The notes beneath the pieces are model-generated. The model saw only the letters and a list, made by a program, of their open reading frames with translations. It made no database searches and was not told the origin of the DNA. A DNA stretch of 63,994 nucleotides, counting the filler, from Sluysia triapertura (taxonomy: Eukaryota), in the NCBI GenBank assembly GCA_046118255.1. It is 5 parts of 5 records of this genome, joined end to end, with 100 filler letters (N's around TTAATTAATTAA, not from the genome) between each part and the next. Parts side by side here need not be neighbours in the genome. Positions count along the whole stretch, not along the records: positions 11,489 to 22,828 come from JBJNIA010185823.1; positions 22,929 to 35,758 come from JBJNIA010079488.1; 3 more parts are not named here. One strand, given 5' to 3'. Shown here in pieces: positions 13,936 through 26,700 of the stretch; positions within the stretch are counted from its first letter, which is position 1, and every line of letters starts with the position of its first letter. The position numbers and the translations under genes are program-made.

Positions 13936-16194
13936 TAATTATCACATAATTATTTTTCTTTGTTAGTTTATTAATAAAACTTCAAATTTGTTTTAGTATG
14001 TATATTAAAAAAATATTTTACAAGTAATGTTAGTTTAACTAGAATTGATTGATTTAAATGATTGATAATAAAACAAATAAACATTAAATAAACAAAGTAT
14101 AAGTAATTTTTATTTTTCTATAGAAAACATATGTTCTTTAAGCAACAGTGTATTGCAATTTATGAAAAGGTGTAAAAATTAAATAATAAAAACAAAATAT
14201 TAATATTACTACATTAAAATATTTTCAAGTACTTCTAATAAACATTTAAATATGTAATTTTTAAATATCAGAATCAAAAAAAAATTTTCGTTTGGAAAAC
14301 ATAATTAACGTTTAAACAGTTTTGTGATTCAGATTTTAATGATATTGTAAAAAAGAAAACTATTATTATATAATTAAAATATTGAATTTATATAAGATTT
14401 GGTTCATGTAATAATTTCATTTTCCAACTGGCAATACTATATGTATGGTAACTATAAACTTAGTTGTGAATAAAAGAAAATATAAATCTTAATAAGATAT
14501 CAAAAAGAAAAAAAGTAAATTTCTAAAATTTCAACTTTTTAAATAACTAAAATTAATTATTCAAATGACAAAGATTAATTATTCAAATTAATTATTCAAA
14601 TGTGCGTGTTATTTGTTACTTTTTATTACATATTTATTTATTTTATGAAAAATCTTTTACATAATAATGTGATCTACATTAAACAATATTAGAATTAAAA
14701 TTACCATTAATTACAAATACTTTCTGAAGATAATTTAAATATAATTAATAAACTTTTAGGAAGCGGCACTAAAATAAACAATTGTTTTACTAGTTCTATG
14801 TTTAAATTTACAAATTTACAAATTACTTATTTTGTCTTTCTAATATTAATTATTGGTTTAAGAAGAAAATTCATAATAAATCAATTACAATTAATAAATC
14901 AATTATTTACAGTCAATGAGCAAGACTTATCTTCCAGGTAATAAGAACTCACATGGCACTTTATCTTAAAGAATTGCATTAGTTATCAATCAAATCAAGA
15001 TTATAATGGAGACCTCAATATCTCTTGGAAATAATATATAAAAAGATTCGAAATCAAAATGAATGCCATTATTACGATTTAATAATTTATATAGAAAAAG
15101 CCAGGTAATAGGTTATATAATGTTTATGTTTCAAAAATTTATAACTAGCTACAAGAAAATGTTAAATTGCTGATAGATTATTAAATATTTAAGAAAGTTC
15201 TTTCTGTTTCAAAAATATTATATTGAATGATCTATTTTAAGTACTTTTAATTTTTATTACATAAATAACAACAGTAAAATTAATACTTTTCACTTTAATG
15301 TAACTGAAATATAATAATTACTTAAATAATTAATACTTAATGAAAAAGTTTAGATCAATGATACCAACATAAAATTACTTAGTGCTTCGTTTTAAGACAT
15401 CAATTTCCGCAATTTAGAGATAATACACTTAATAAATTTAATTATGAGTTTCACATGACTTAATAATCGATTTATTTTAACAATATTTATTTTCTACGAT
15501 TTAATATCATGTTTAAAATATTATAGCAAGGTTAAATTTATATATTTAAGTATTAATATGCGTTTATAATTTTAATTTTATAATTTTATAGTTTTTATTG
15601 ATTTGAAGTTTGATTAAATAATATTAGATCGGTGCAAACTTGTACTACCAACAACTTTAAATCACTGAATCGAATTTATCAGGATATTTATGCTTATATT
15701 TGGCAAAACCTTGTGTATTTACATTCTCGTGTGAAGTATGTTGTAGTTATTTTGAACTTATTATAATGTTATTACACATTTCTTTGCAATTCCAAGTGTT
15801 TTTTTTACATAATCATAGTAATTTGTTAAACGATATAATTTATTACATATGCGATACATATATTGAGTGGTACATAATTTATCTTTATATTTATTTGCTG
15901 TATTTTTTAGCTTCAATGCTAAAATATCTAAATTTAAACTGATAACCGCGATATTTGAATACCGTCCCGAATGGTTAATTTCTGAATTATTAATTATGAT
16001 TTCAAAATTTATTTTAGTGAATTACGAGTAGATTATTTTTGTTATTATAATTCAGAATTATATAATCAGCAATTATTTAATAGTTTTAGATTCTTTCAAA
16101 TTTATCATAAAATAACAATGTGCTAAAATAAAATAACTTCCACATCAAATAAGAATCCTAAGGTAAAAATCTTTAAACTGCTTTAAAATATTAA

Positions 16195-16297
16195 CCCTCT
16201 GACGATCAGAAGATTGCGATAAATTTTAAAAACTATAGCAGAAATAATGTCTTTAACAAAGTAACCTGATGTTTAAGCTATTTTGTTAGTCAAGAGG
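16195..16297. mobile_element. Possible piggyBac-type mini element
   Basis: TTAA|CCCTCTGAC ... GTCAAGAGG|TTAA: an imperfect TIR flanked by TTAA on both sides. Confidence 0.4.
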
Positions 16298-16934
16298 TTA
16301 AGATTTAAAATGTAAGTTTTGCAATAAGTACAAAGTTTTAATAATAATTTTAAAATATAAAATATTTTGTGTAAAACTAAGCCATAAATTATAAAATATG
16401 AAAACCAAAAATAAAGAATTTAATGAAACTATTTTTTTAGCTTTTTATAAATTAATTATAATATGTATTATTTCATAAGAAAATTAAACAATTATTTACT
16501 TTTTGTCTCTTCTTTATATAAATCTTTAGACATGAATTAATTAATTTTGAATAAAAATTTATTTTTTAATTTTTTGATTAGAAAATATAGTTTCTTTGAC
16601 AAAAAACAATGATTGAAGTCTTAATTTAATAAATTTATTAGTCTCATTTTGTTTTCTACAAAAATAAATTAACTAAAACTGATTAACTAAAAAATTAGAA
16701 ACATTTTTAAACAGAAATGTATATAAATAATTTTTCCTATATAAATATAATGATTTGGATTATATCAGGAAGACGTCATCAAGTACTTAATATTGCAGTG
16801 TTTATTTTTGTAATCTATTAATTTTTTTTAAAGTAGTACAATATTTAAGTAATAATCGAAAGTATCTTTCCCAGGAGATGTAAGAAAGAAAATATATGAT
16901 CATAAGTAATCGTCTAAAATAAAATAAGAGTAAC

Positions 16935-16985
<51 letters not shown>

Positions 16986-17019
16986 TAATGGTGATTATAA
17001 TAATTATAAATATAGAGGA

Positions 17020-17510
17020 AAAAGTTTGTGCACCGTGCTAAAATAATGCCTCCTACTAAATTTTTGTGGTGTTTGCGTGGTGAAAATCACGATCGAAGTA
17101 CATGCTGACTGGCAAAATATCAAAATCATGGATCTATTTTAAAACAAAATCAAAATTGAAAGAAGATTTCCGATTTATTGAACATGTATTAATAGGCGCA
17201 CAGAACTTTACTGTGATTGAAAATTACCCAAGTCTTATTCGATAAAACATGTTTTATTTCAATTGGACAATATTAAGCTGCATATTGCAGAAAGACCATC
17301 AACAAGACTGAAGAAATTCGGAATCGTCCAGCTCTATTTGATTATACTCTCTACTGATCATTGTAGAACTTTATGAAAAGTTGAGTCTGTGATCAAGGTT
17401 GAAAGGCTGTCTCTATAGTGATCTTTTGACAAAATCTGAAAGCTTGCAGATAGATCGTGGAAGGTCATGGACAATGATCATCTTTATTTTGAAAAACATT
17501 TGTTTTTTAA
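17020..17510 (+). mobile_element. Decayed mariner transposase, C-terminal half
   Basis: Fragments read ENYPSL../KHVLFQLDNIKLHIA (the mariner HDNARPH region) and KLADRSWKVMDNDHLYFEK (the mariner C-terminal L..RW....DG.YF). Frameshifts and stops are present. Confidence 0.7.
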
Positions 17511-20500
17511 TAATTTAGTTAAAATAATTTTTATAAATTATTATATGATAAGACATTTAGAAATATTTTTATGTGAGATTTTGTTAGTTAAGCTAAGAAT
17601 TATTTTCCATAAATATAAAAACGATAATAAAAATCAAATTTAATATTTAATGATGTTAATTTATATTGATTCAATGTTCACAATATCTTTTATATCCTTT
17701 ATAGAAAATTATTATTTTCATTAGATTTATATTTTAGAAGACCATAAACAGCTTAAATTATGAGTTAAATAAAAACTAAAGTGAATATTTAACATTGTGT
17801 TTTCTTAAAGTTTTTAATAAACATTTACATAGTTTAATACAACGTTAATAGTAGTTTAAATATTAACCTGTTCCTATTTTGTAAAACCTTTATTGAAAAT
17901 AATTAAATAAATTTCTTATGGAAATAATATTAATAAAAAAATCAACAATTAATTTTCATTTATTAATCATTTTATTATTTTTAGACTTCATTATTATTTT
18001 CTGCCTTTTCCTTTAAAAATTAATAATTTGCAAATAAGCCATTTTGAAATATGGTTACTGAAATTTGCAGTGATGTATGTATATGTAACATATGTCAGTT
18101 AGTATAAATAATTTCTTTATTAATATTATTAAATAATTTTATTAAGTGCATGAATTCAAATTAAGAAACATAATGTAAATATATAAAAGTAAAGATTTTT
18201 TTATAAAGTATGGTTTTGTATAACAGCATAATTGATTTTTATTTTAAATATAAATTATAAAAATATTTTCGAAATTTAATTTCAAATTTGTAATTTTATA
18301 TTTATATTTTAAATTGAAATAAATTAATATAATTCATTTAATTAAATTATACTACACAATTTTTACATTATATATGCATTATAGTTTATTTTATTATTAT
18401 TATTATTCTATGCTAAAAATTAATTAAATTGTTTAATCAAATTATTTAATTTTAATATGAAAATTGTTTATTTGAAAAAAATAACGTTAATTTTATTAAT
18501 TATATTATATAGTGCTAATATTTACTACAAAATAAGTACTCAAAAGTGCATTCTGTTAAATGTTTCGTAATGTTTCATTAATTTAACATTATCTGGTAGT
18601 TTGTTGTATAATCTATTCCCTATCTTATCATCACTTTGCATTCTGTACAAATTATTATATCATTTTGGTTTCACAATTTTCTATTATTTCCGAGAAAGAA
18701 TTCATAAATTATTGTCACGATTTTGAATTCTACTTTTCCTTTAATTTGTAACTAATGTAATTCTTTACGATAGGGTGTTTTAGTGGTTCTTTAACAAGAT
18801 TAAAGCTATTAAAATTAATTTTGAGAATTATATTCGGCTTACAGCCGTTAGAGATTTATTGGACCTTATTAAGAACTTATAAAAACGAAAACTAATAAAA
18901 ACACTTAACATTCAAGTATTCTTGTTCAAAACATTAATGAATTTTTCGTTTGAAGAATTCAATTGAAGAATAAAATTGAATTTATCGCTAAATCTTCATT
19001 AGATATGCAACCATTTTCTAGAAATGTTTAATGCTAGTTTCGAACTGTACACATTAAGTCTATGGCAAGTCGATTTTTTTATTAAACGCATAATAAAGTA
19101 GCATCATATGTGCCTTATAATTACCATTGGTTTGATGGCAAAGAAATTTCCATTTTCTCACAACCTGAATCACGTGACCTAATTGAACTTTGTTAAATTA
19201 ATTCTACTCTTACTAAATTTCTGATATTTCTTCATTCTATAAGTTCAAAAAACAATTAATTTCATTGTCTAGAAATAAAAATTACATTTAGATGTAAACG
19301 AATCATCAGAAAAACGAGACACTTTTAGATAAACGTCACAATCAAACTATTTCATTATTATAACTTTTAAAGTTCATTTGTGATTTAGCTCAATTGCTAA
19401 ATGCAAAAATATTGATTAAATTTAGTCATTTTTATTACTTTTTAATAATTTCATAATTTCAAGTTTACGAACTTATGAAGGATGAAAATGGATGATGATA
19501 TTCTTCATCAAAAATTTTATCAATAAGAATAACTTCTCTCTGGCCACATTTAAGAGCTGTTACCTGTTATGTATGTTCTACTAAATCAGCTATGCATGAA
19601 TATGGACCAGAATACTGAAAGAGTTACAAAGTAATTTAAATATTTTTATTTAAATAATTTTATCTATTAAATAATTTTATTTTAACACCTTGTAAAGTTA
19701 AGCTCACTAGATCCAGATTTTAATTTACTCAAAGTTCCAAAAATATGTAAATCTTATTTATCCCGATTAGAAATCAATCTCGGAGTTGTATATTCAGTTT
19801 TATTCCATGTTCCAAACCTCAATGTGTTCTTATATTCAGTTTCTTCCGAAGATACAATATGATATATCATTTAAAGTTAAAAATTATTCCATAATTAATC
19901 ACAAACATATGCTATTAAGGCCTGGAATGTTTCGTGTAAATACAGTTGTTGAGCACGTATTTCAATTTCCAATTTATCAGTCAAATTTACAGTAATGCCA
20001 AGTTACTTTATTTTTCGCAGAAATTATTTTAGTTTTTCTGTAATTTATTGCCGAACAGGTGTTATACGAACAGTCATTTAAATTATATTCGCATAACTTA
20101 AAGACTATTATTGACATATCGTATTAGAAACCTTTATTAATACAATTAATAGTTTATTGAATTAAGGCCACTTCTTTCCAATAAAATTTTAAAAATAATT
20201 TGAAAATTTTGAAATGAAAATTAACGATGTTAAAAGCACAAACGAACAACGTCTATGAATTAATGTGTAATGGCATTAGCCATAAAATCACGAAATTTAA
20301 TTTCTAGCTATTTGTCTAATATTGGGTAATGATTCATCACTTTCATCACTTTTTGGTGAAAGTTCATTTAGTCTAATTGATGAATTTAGTTGGTTCTATT
20401 CATGAAACAACTATTATTATTATTTTTGACAATAATAAGAAGTGTAGAGAATAAGAGAAGAAAATAATTACAAAACCAGGAAAAATAATAAATATCGAAT

Positions 20501-20705
20501 AATTACAATAATTTTATGCTTTATTGTATATATTTTTTATTGATCTGAAAGAGTTTGTTGATTTGTGAAAGCATTTTGCTCATGTGAAAGAATTTTTTAA
20601 TTTGTTTGAGCGTAGAGAAATAAGAAAGAATATCACTAACTCGAGTTTATGTCATTGCAGACAACAATTCTTAAGTTTGAAGATGAATTATTTAACTATC
20701 TAGAT

Positions 20706-21009
20706 CAGCCATGTCCAACCCAAATTACTCTTCGGGCCAAAATTTAGGAATGTACAAGGAACTGGGCCGCCACTCACCTGAACAAAAAAAATTTCAATTG
20801 TAGCTCACACTCGCGCTCAAATGAGATACGTACACAGAAATTAGCATGTACACAGATATACACAAAAATATATAGGTATTTTAGTAAATTACAACAGATA
20901 TTTAATATGAAACTTATTTATTATCGATTATTAAAATTTAAATATTAATTTGTGTGATTTCCTTTTGTTGTTATCGGGCCACACAAAAATCGCACGTCGG
21001 ACATGGCTG
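20706..21009. mobile_element. hAT (Charlie-type) MITE, 304 bp
   Basis: 14-bp TIRs CAGCCATGTCCAAC / GTCGGACATGGCTG (1 mismatch). The 8-bp flanks atctagat / acctaaat match at 6 of 8 positions and fit the NTCTAGAN target. Internal cgggcc motifs are present. Confidence 0.8.
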
Positions 21010-21675
21010 ACCTAAATAAATAAGATAATCCCATTGCAAAAAAATACAAATTTTTTTAATATAAATTTGTTGTAAAAATCAGTTGTAAAATGATTGTGCT
21101 AAAATATGTTCGAATACTGATTGGTCCATTTTATCAAGTCTTGCAAATTATTAATAGCAAAAAAATTTTGTTTTAAAATAGAAACTACTATTATTAAATT
21201 ATTGTAAAATTATTATTTTTTAAACATTAATTTGAATATTTTTAAAAATTACTTTTTTAGTTATATTGACTGAAACTCTTGACTAAAATTCACTAAATTC
21301 ATAGAACTTAAAACTGTACTTTGATCAAACGATTATCAGAGTAAAAATAGTTTATTAACACCTTGATTGTACGCAAGTTTGCAAGAAAATATCCTGCTAA
21401 ACAATTTTTCTACATTACTTTTATAACAATTTAATAGTTTTATTATATCTTGTGAAGAATCTTTCCATATACCTACTAACTAACCTTGTAAATATTCAAA
21501 TGACGCGGCACTCAAGTAAGTTAAAAAAATTGATACTTCAAATATTTGATAGAAAAAATATTTTTAAAACTGTATAAAATATAAAAGATGCAACAAATAT
21601 TTATTAAAAATGAATTTTTATGCCTTTTGTTTAAATTCTTATTATTAATATATTAATTAAATTATTTATAATAAT

Positions 21676-21726
<51 letters not shown>

Positions 21727-22828
21727 TCAATAAAAATATAACAATATGATAAAATTGCATAGCTATAATTAATTGGTGCATGATTAAATTAAGTAATAAT
21801 ATTGGTATAACTCAATAATTGAGAAAAAATGATATTACAAATTATTTTATTTTTGTTTAAACTTTTTCTATTTAAACACGTCTTTTAGACTTCTTTGGAT
21901 AACAGAAGAAACAAAACATTAACAGAAGATTCTTTTGCAAGAACAATAAATATATAAATCATGGTATTACGTACGAATACATTTATTAATTAATGAGTTG
22001 GTAAAAATGCACTGGTTTCTATGTGACTTATGGATAGATTTGAATAAGAAAATGCTGTGGTTTTCTTAAAGATAAATCTACGGCAAAATAAAATTGAGCA
22101 GGTTACAGTAGTTGGCGCTTCTATAAATATTAAAATATTAGAATCTTACTTTAAAATATTGTCTAACATGTTCCGAACAATTTTAATACTAGGCTCTTAA
22201 TTAAATGTGACAGTTACATCAATTTATCAAGAACGAAGAATAATACTTAATTTTTATTGACAATACAATAAAGAGTAGAGGTTATAATTGAAATTCTTTA
22301 GGCATCTTTAATTTGATTAGAAATTTTAATAATGTAACATTCCTCTCATTATATCGAGGAAAAAACAATATTTAATTAAAGTTTTTAGAGTATTATTTTA
22401 AAATTTTTATCTCCTCCAAGAAGGTAAAAATTCCCTACAAAAACGAATTACCATAAGCATGGAAAATAAAGGATCTCCAAAAATCCAAGTAATATCCAAG
22501 TAAAGAATTCTGCAAATAGATTAGTTAGACCAAATATTCGTATTGAAAAACCAGACAGAAATGTGTGTGACTGATAAAAATAACGATTTTCATTAAACTG
22601 ATGCTAGCTTATATACTAGTCATTAGACAATGAAAATCGGTGGAATGCTCTGGAACATTCTAGAAGCTTAAAGAACATTATAGAAGCAAATTTTCTTTTT
22701 GGAATTTCTATTTTCTTTTTTGGAAAATAAATTTTTTTGGATATTTGGAAACTTTAGAATATTTTTTTTAATGATTTAAAAATTTTTTAATAATATTTTA
22801 TATAATTTTAGAGGGTTATGATAACAAC

Positions 22829-22928
22829 NNNNNNNNNNNNNNNNNNNNNNNNNNNNNNNNNNNNNNNNNNNNTTAATTAATTAANNNNNNNNNNNNNNNN
22901 NNNNNNNNNNNNNNNNNNNNNNNNNNNN
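22829..22928. other. Artificial contig linker
   Basis: N44-TTAATTAATTAA-N44. Confidence 0.97.
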
Positions 22929-22986
22929 ATATCTATGGTAAAAATTTATAAATTAATTTCTGTGAAATATTTTGTAATTTAATATT

Positions 22987-23041
<55 letters not shown>

Positions 23042-23059
23042 TTAGACTTCGTAAAATGA

Positions 23060-23130
23060 AGTCTGACCGGGGATCGAACTCGGGACCTTCGCTACGCAGT
23101 TCGAATGTTCTACCACTGAGCTATCAGCCC
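23060..23130 (-). pseudogene. tRNA-derived sequence (tRNA-Ala(UGC)-like pseudogene or SINE head)
   Basis: The minus strand reads GGGCTGATAGCTCAGTGGTAGAACATTCGAACTGCGTAGCGAAGGTCCCGAGTTCGATCCCCGGTCAGACT. It has an A box, a B box (GTTCGATC), and acceptor, D and T stems with mismatches. The anticodon arm is irregular around TGC, and TTTT lies just downstream. Confidence 0.75.
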
Positions 23131-23479
23131 AATCTAACAGTTTTATTTTATTATTGTCAATTTTACCAAATGGCACTTTAGGCCTTTTTACCCCAACAAT
23201 AATAATAATTTGAGTTATATTCATTCAGCGGAATTATCTTTCACTTTCATTAGTCTAATTAAAATTGAATATTTCCGGCATCTACTCCTTTTCTATTTTA
23301 ATCCACATTTCCAGTCAATGTCGAACCATCTTGCTGGTCTCAGATTTGAAAACGAAGAAGCAATTGTAGTGGCCAACACCCATAATTCAAAATTCACTAA
23401 AACCTCACAACATTTAAATCACAATCACATTCAACATTATCAAATTACAACAACTAGTTCACAAAAAGCATAACATCTA

Positions 23480-24195
23480 AATCAATCACATCTCACACTA
23501 CATCGAACTACATTAACTGATTCATCGTAAAGAATATTCAACATTTATAACAATCAAACAATTCGTCTAACATCCTCAATCATTCACCTTACACTATACT
23601 TTGATAATCAATACCGAATAATCCATAACATTCACTCAGCAGTCATTCTCCCAAACCAAATCACAACCACAACACATAATATTTAAATCACAAACACATC
23701 AACACCATTCAACAACATTAACAAGTACCTGAAACATAGAAAACATTTACGTCACAATCTCGAATCAATTATACTAATTCAAACCCATTTCATCTACACA
23801 TAACCATTATCAACATTCTACAACAACATTGTAAATACGCCAAGATTTATTTTGTAATTGTCTTTTAAATTTAATAAACTATAACCTTTTAACAAGCCTC
23901 TCAAACCATTATATTCAGTGCATAAATCTTATTTTCAACTATAAACTTTAAATAAATCTCAAGAATTTATTCTAACAATCTTCAAAAATAAATTCAATAC
24001 AGCTTTAAAGAATGCATTTCCTTATGATGAAGCAACAACGATAACTGAAGCATTGTGTACCACATAATATCAATAATTTTTATTTCTCAATTTTATTTTT
24101 ATATGTAAGAAATTAAGATGTAGAAAGAAAAGATCATGTAGTTAAGATTTATAAAGACAATAATTATGCGTTTATTGTCAATAATAATAATAATA
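23480..24195 (+). mobile_element. Decayed CR1/L2-like LINE 3' end with AAT-rich tail
   Basis: C/A-rich and clearly homologous to 34945-35758 (for example 23923 taaatcttattttcaactataaacttt vs 35315 taaatcttgttttcaattatgaacttt). Traces of YFDNQ..HNI..LRHNLES resemble the RT C-terminus. The family assignment is inference. Confidence 0.5.
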
Positions 24196-25749
24196 ACAAT
24201 ATTATTATTATCATTATTATTTATCAAATCATTAAAGTACTAAAAAATTTCAAATTAAACAATTGTCGATTAACCTGCTAGCTACCATCACCAGTGTTGA
24301 CACAATGTTATATTTTTCATTAAAGTGCTAACACTGATGATGGTCAATCATCAGATTAATAATCTCACTGCAAAATACCACTTACATCATACGTCATCCA
24401 ATCAGTACTTATCATTCGCTTTAATCATTATCAAAGGTCTGATTGAATGACCAATAATAACGTCATGTTTAAAAATTAACAAAAAATTTTTGCTAAAAAT
24501 AATAACAATTAAAAAAGATTGTTCTCAATAATCGCTCAAAAAAGATTAATATTAAATTATCGTTTATTTCGTCAAACAAATAAATTACGGATTATTTTAT
24601 GAGAATATAATTATCAGTGATGCAACAAGATCTAGATATCATGCAAAGTGATGTACATTGAATTTCGCCTTTTTATATTGAAAATTCATCGATTAAACCA
24701 GAACAAAGTTCATCAAAAATTTCATCTAACTTCTGAAATCTTAACCAATCAATCGAATAATGTAAAACTAGTTAAAGACGACATAGATACGTATAACAAT
24801 AAAGACTTTCATATCAGTCTAAGTATCGCTTACAACCAATATTATGCATACCGAGGTTATAAAGTTTCACTCACTCCTCATGATGAATTACAACAGGCGC
24901 ATGCTGAAACATCGACACGAACGAACGTAAATAACATCAGACACTATTAGAAGTAACATTTTTTGTTTTGTTAGAAAGTTTATAATTCTTTTATTAAATT
25001 ACTATGATACATCCAATGATTCTGGTGAAAATTTGTATAAAGACAATTATTCCTTGAACATACTTCGTAAATTCCATAAAAATAATGAATGGAAAACTCA
25101 AACAGAAATTTCTGAACTTGTTAAAGGATCCTTCGTCAACTATACACAAATCATTATTTCACAAAGAGAAAATTAATTTAGTCGTAATATTAGAGAAGAA
25201 AATGTCTGTAGCCATGAAATCAATCATTCGTTGTGAACGAGAAAGAAATGAATTGTCAACTTCCCTGAGCACTACACATGTCTATGACGAGTTCGTAATT
25301 TCATCAAATCCATCAGATGCCAGTCATATTATATATATGCTTAGTTTATCAAAAATTCCATTGAAGATTCTTAATTGGATGCCAAGTATACGGACAGTTT
25401 CAAAAATAAAAGAAGATATAGTAAAGTGTTTCAATATTTTACGAATTAAAAGAATAAACTTAATTTTGTCTGGCTGATACATTTCTACATTATTAATTAT
25501 CGATGTAACTACTCAAACAGCTCTATGTGTAACGAAGTCATGGAAGTCTATTACAAAGTTAGTTCACAATAAGATATTCTATGTAAAGTTTAATTTTGAA
25601 TTGATAATGTTTTACTTTTTAGATAACGTGTTTAAAATTAGGATCTGTGCAATGCAACAACGTGTAATATTGAAAAATTTCAAACTAGTAGAAGAATATT
25701 TTTTATAATTCAAACCTTTTGTCATATATAATAAAATTTGTTTAATTAA

Positions 25750-26700
25750 ATTCAATATGTCTTCTGTTAATGATAATAAAATTATTCAAAACTCGTCATC
25801 AATAATTAACTTAATTGTCTCTTATAAAGGATACCAGGGAGAAATCACCTGGAAACTTAAAGGGATCATATTTAAAATCTTTCATGAAATTTGTAACTAT
25901 AAACAAATAATCAAATTAATATTAGCAAATGTCATTTACAGGCTTCCAAACCTGAGAGCAACCAATTCTCACTTTTATTTAACCTCTCTATTTAACGCTA
26001 TGATAATGAATAATAACTCAAGCATTACATAGAAATCTCGATCACTTAATCATACGTTAAACATTCCAAATTATACGAACGATCTTCTTACTATTAACTA
26101 TAAAAATGCTTTAATTAAAAACATGAAAATTAAGAAACATAAAGTAGTAGATTATTGTAAACTACTCGAATTCAATTCTTTAAAATTACTTATAGAACTC
26201 GAATCCAAAATTTTAAATAAACACCATATTATTAAACCTCAAAACTTATCACATATTCATAAATTAAATAATTCAAATTGGCTTCTGAAATATAACTTCC
26301 TAAATTTGTATCACAAAAATAATTTCCCAAATTGGTGTCAGGAGTGGGATTTCCCAAAAGAAATCCTTAATCTTTGGTGCACAATTCACTAATTCTTTAA
26401 CACTTGTCAGAGGGTCTGTTAATTAATCTGTTAGCACAAAATATCTTTCTATTTATCTTAACACAAATATCCTTTATTTTACTTAACACTAATCTACGTT
26501 ATGGAACTGTAACAAATTACTTTTTAGTCACAATTAAAGAAAAACTCAGTTACCTCCCGAATATATATTATGAACAAACTAAATAAATAGGTTAAATACA
26601 AAATAAATATGATCAATATACAATGGTATATATTCTAGGATTTCTCCTAAGATTAAATATAAACAAGATTTTTAAGAAGATTTTAACCCAGGTGAATACT
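25750..26700 (+). mobile_element. Decayed non-LTR retrotransposon C-terminal region (RLE-endonuclease type, R4/NeSL-like)
   Basis: A chain of short same-strand ORFs carries SNWLL.YN, LRYGTV (the RHD.V position) and SPKIKYKQD (the KPD position) in the expected order. Heavily mutated. Confidence 0.35.

Noticed and set aside
23060-23130. Functional tRNA-Ala gene
   Set aside because: It has an irregular anticodon arm, mismatches in the D, T and acceptor stems, and a degenerate second copy within a repeat unit.
23042-23473. ORFs 23042-23224 and 23210-23473
   Set aside because: They overlap the tRNA-derived cassette and decayed repeat sequence, with no protein motifs.
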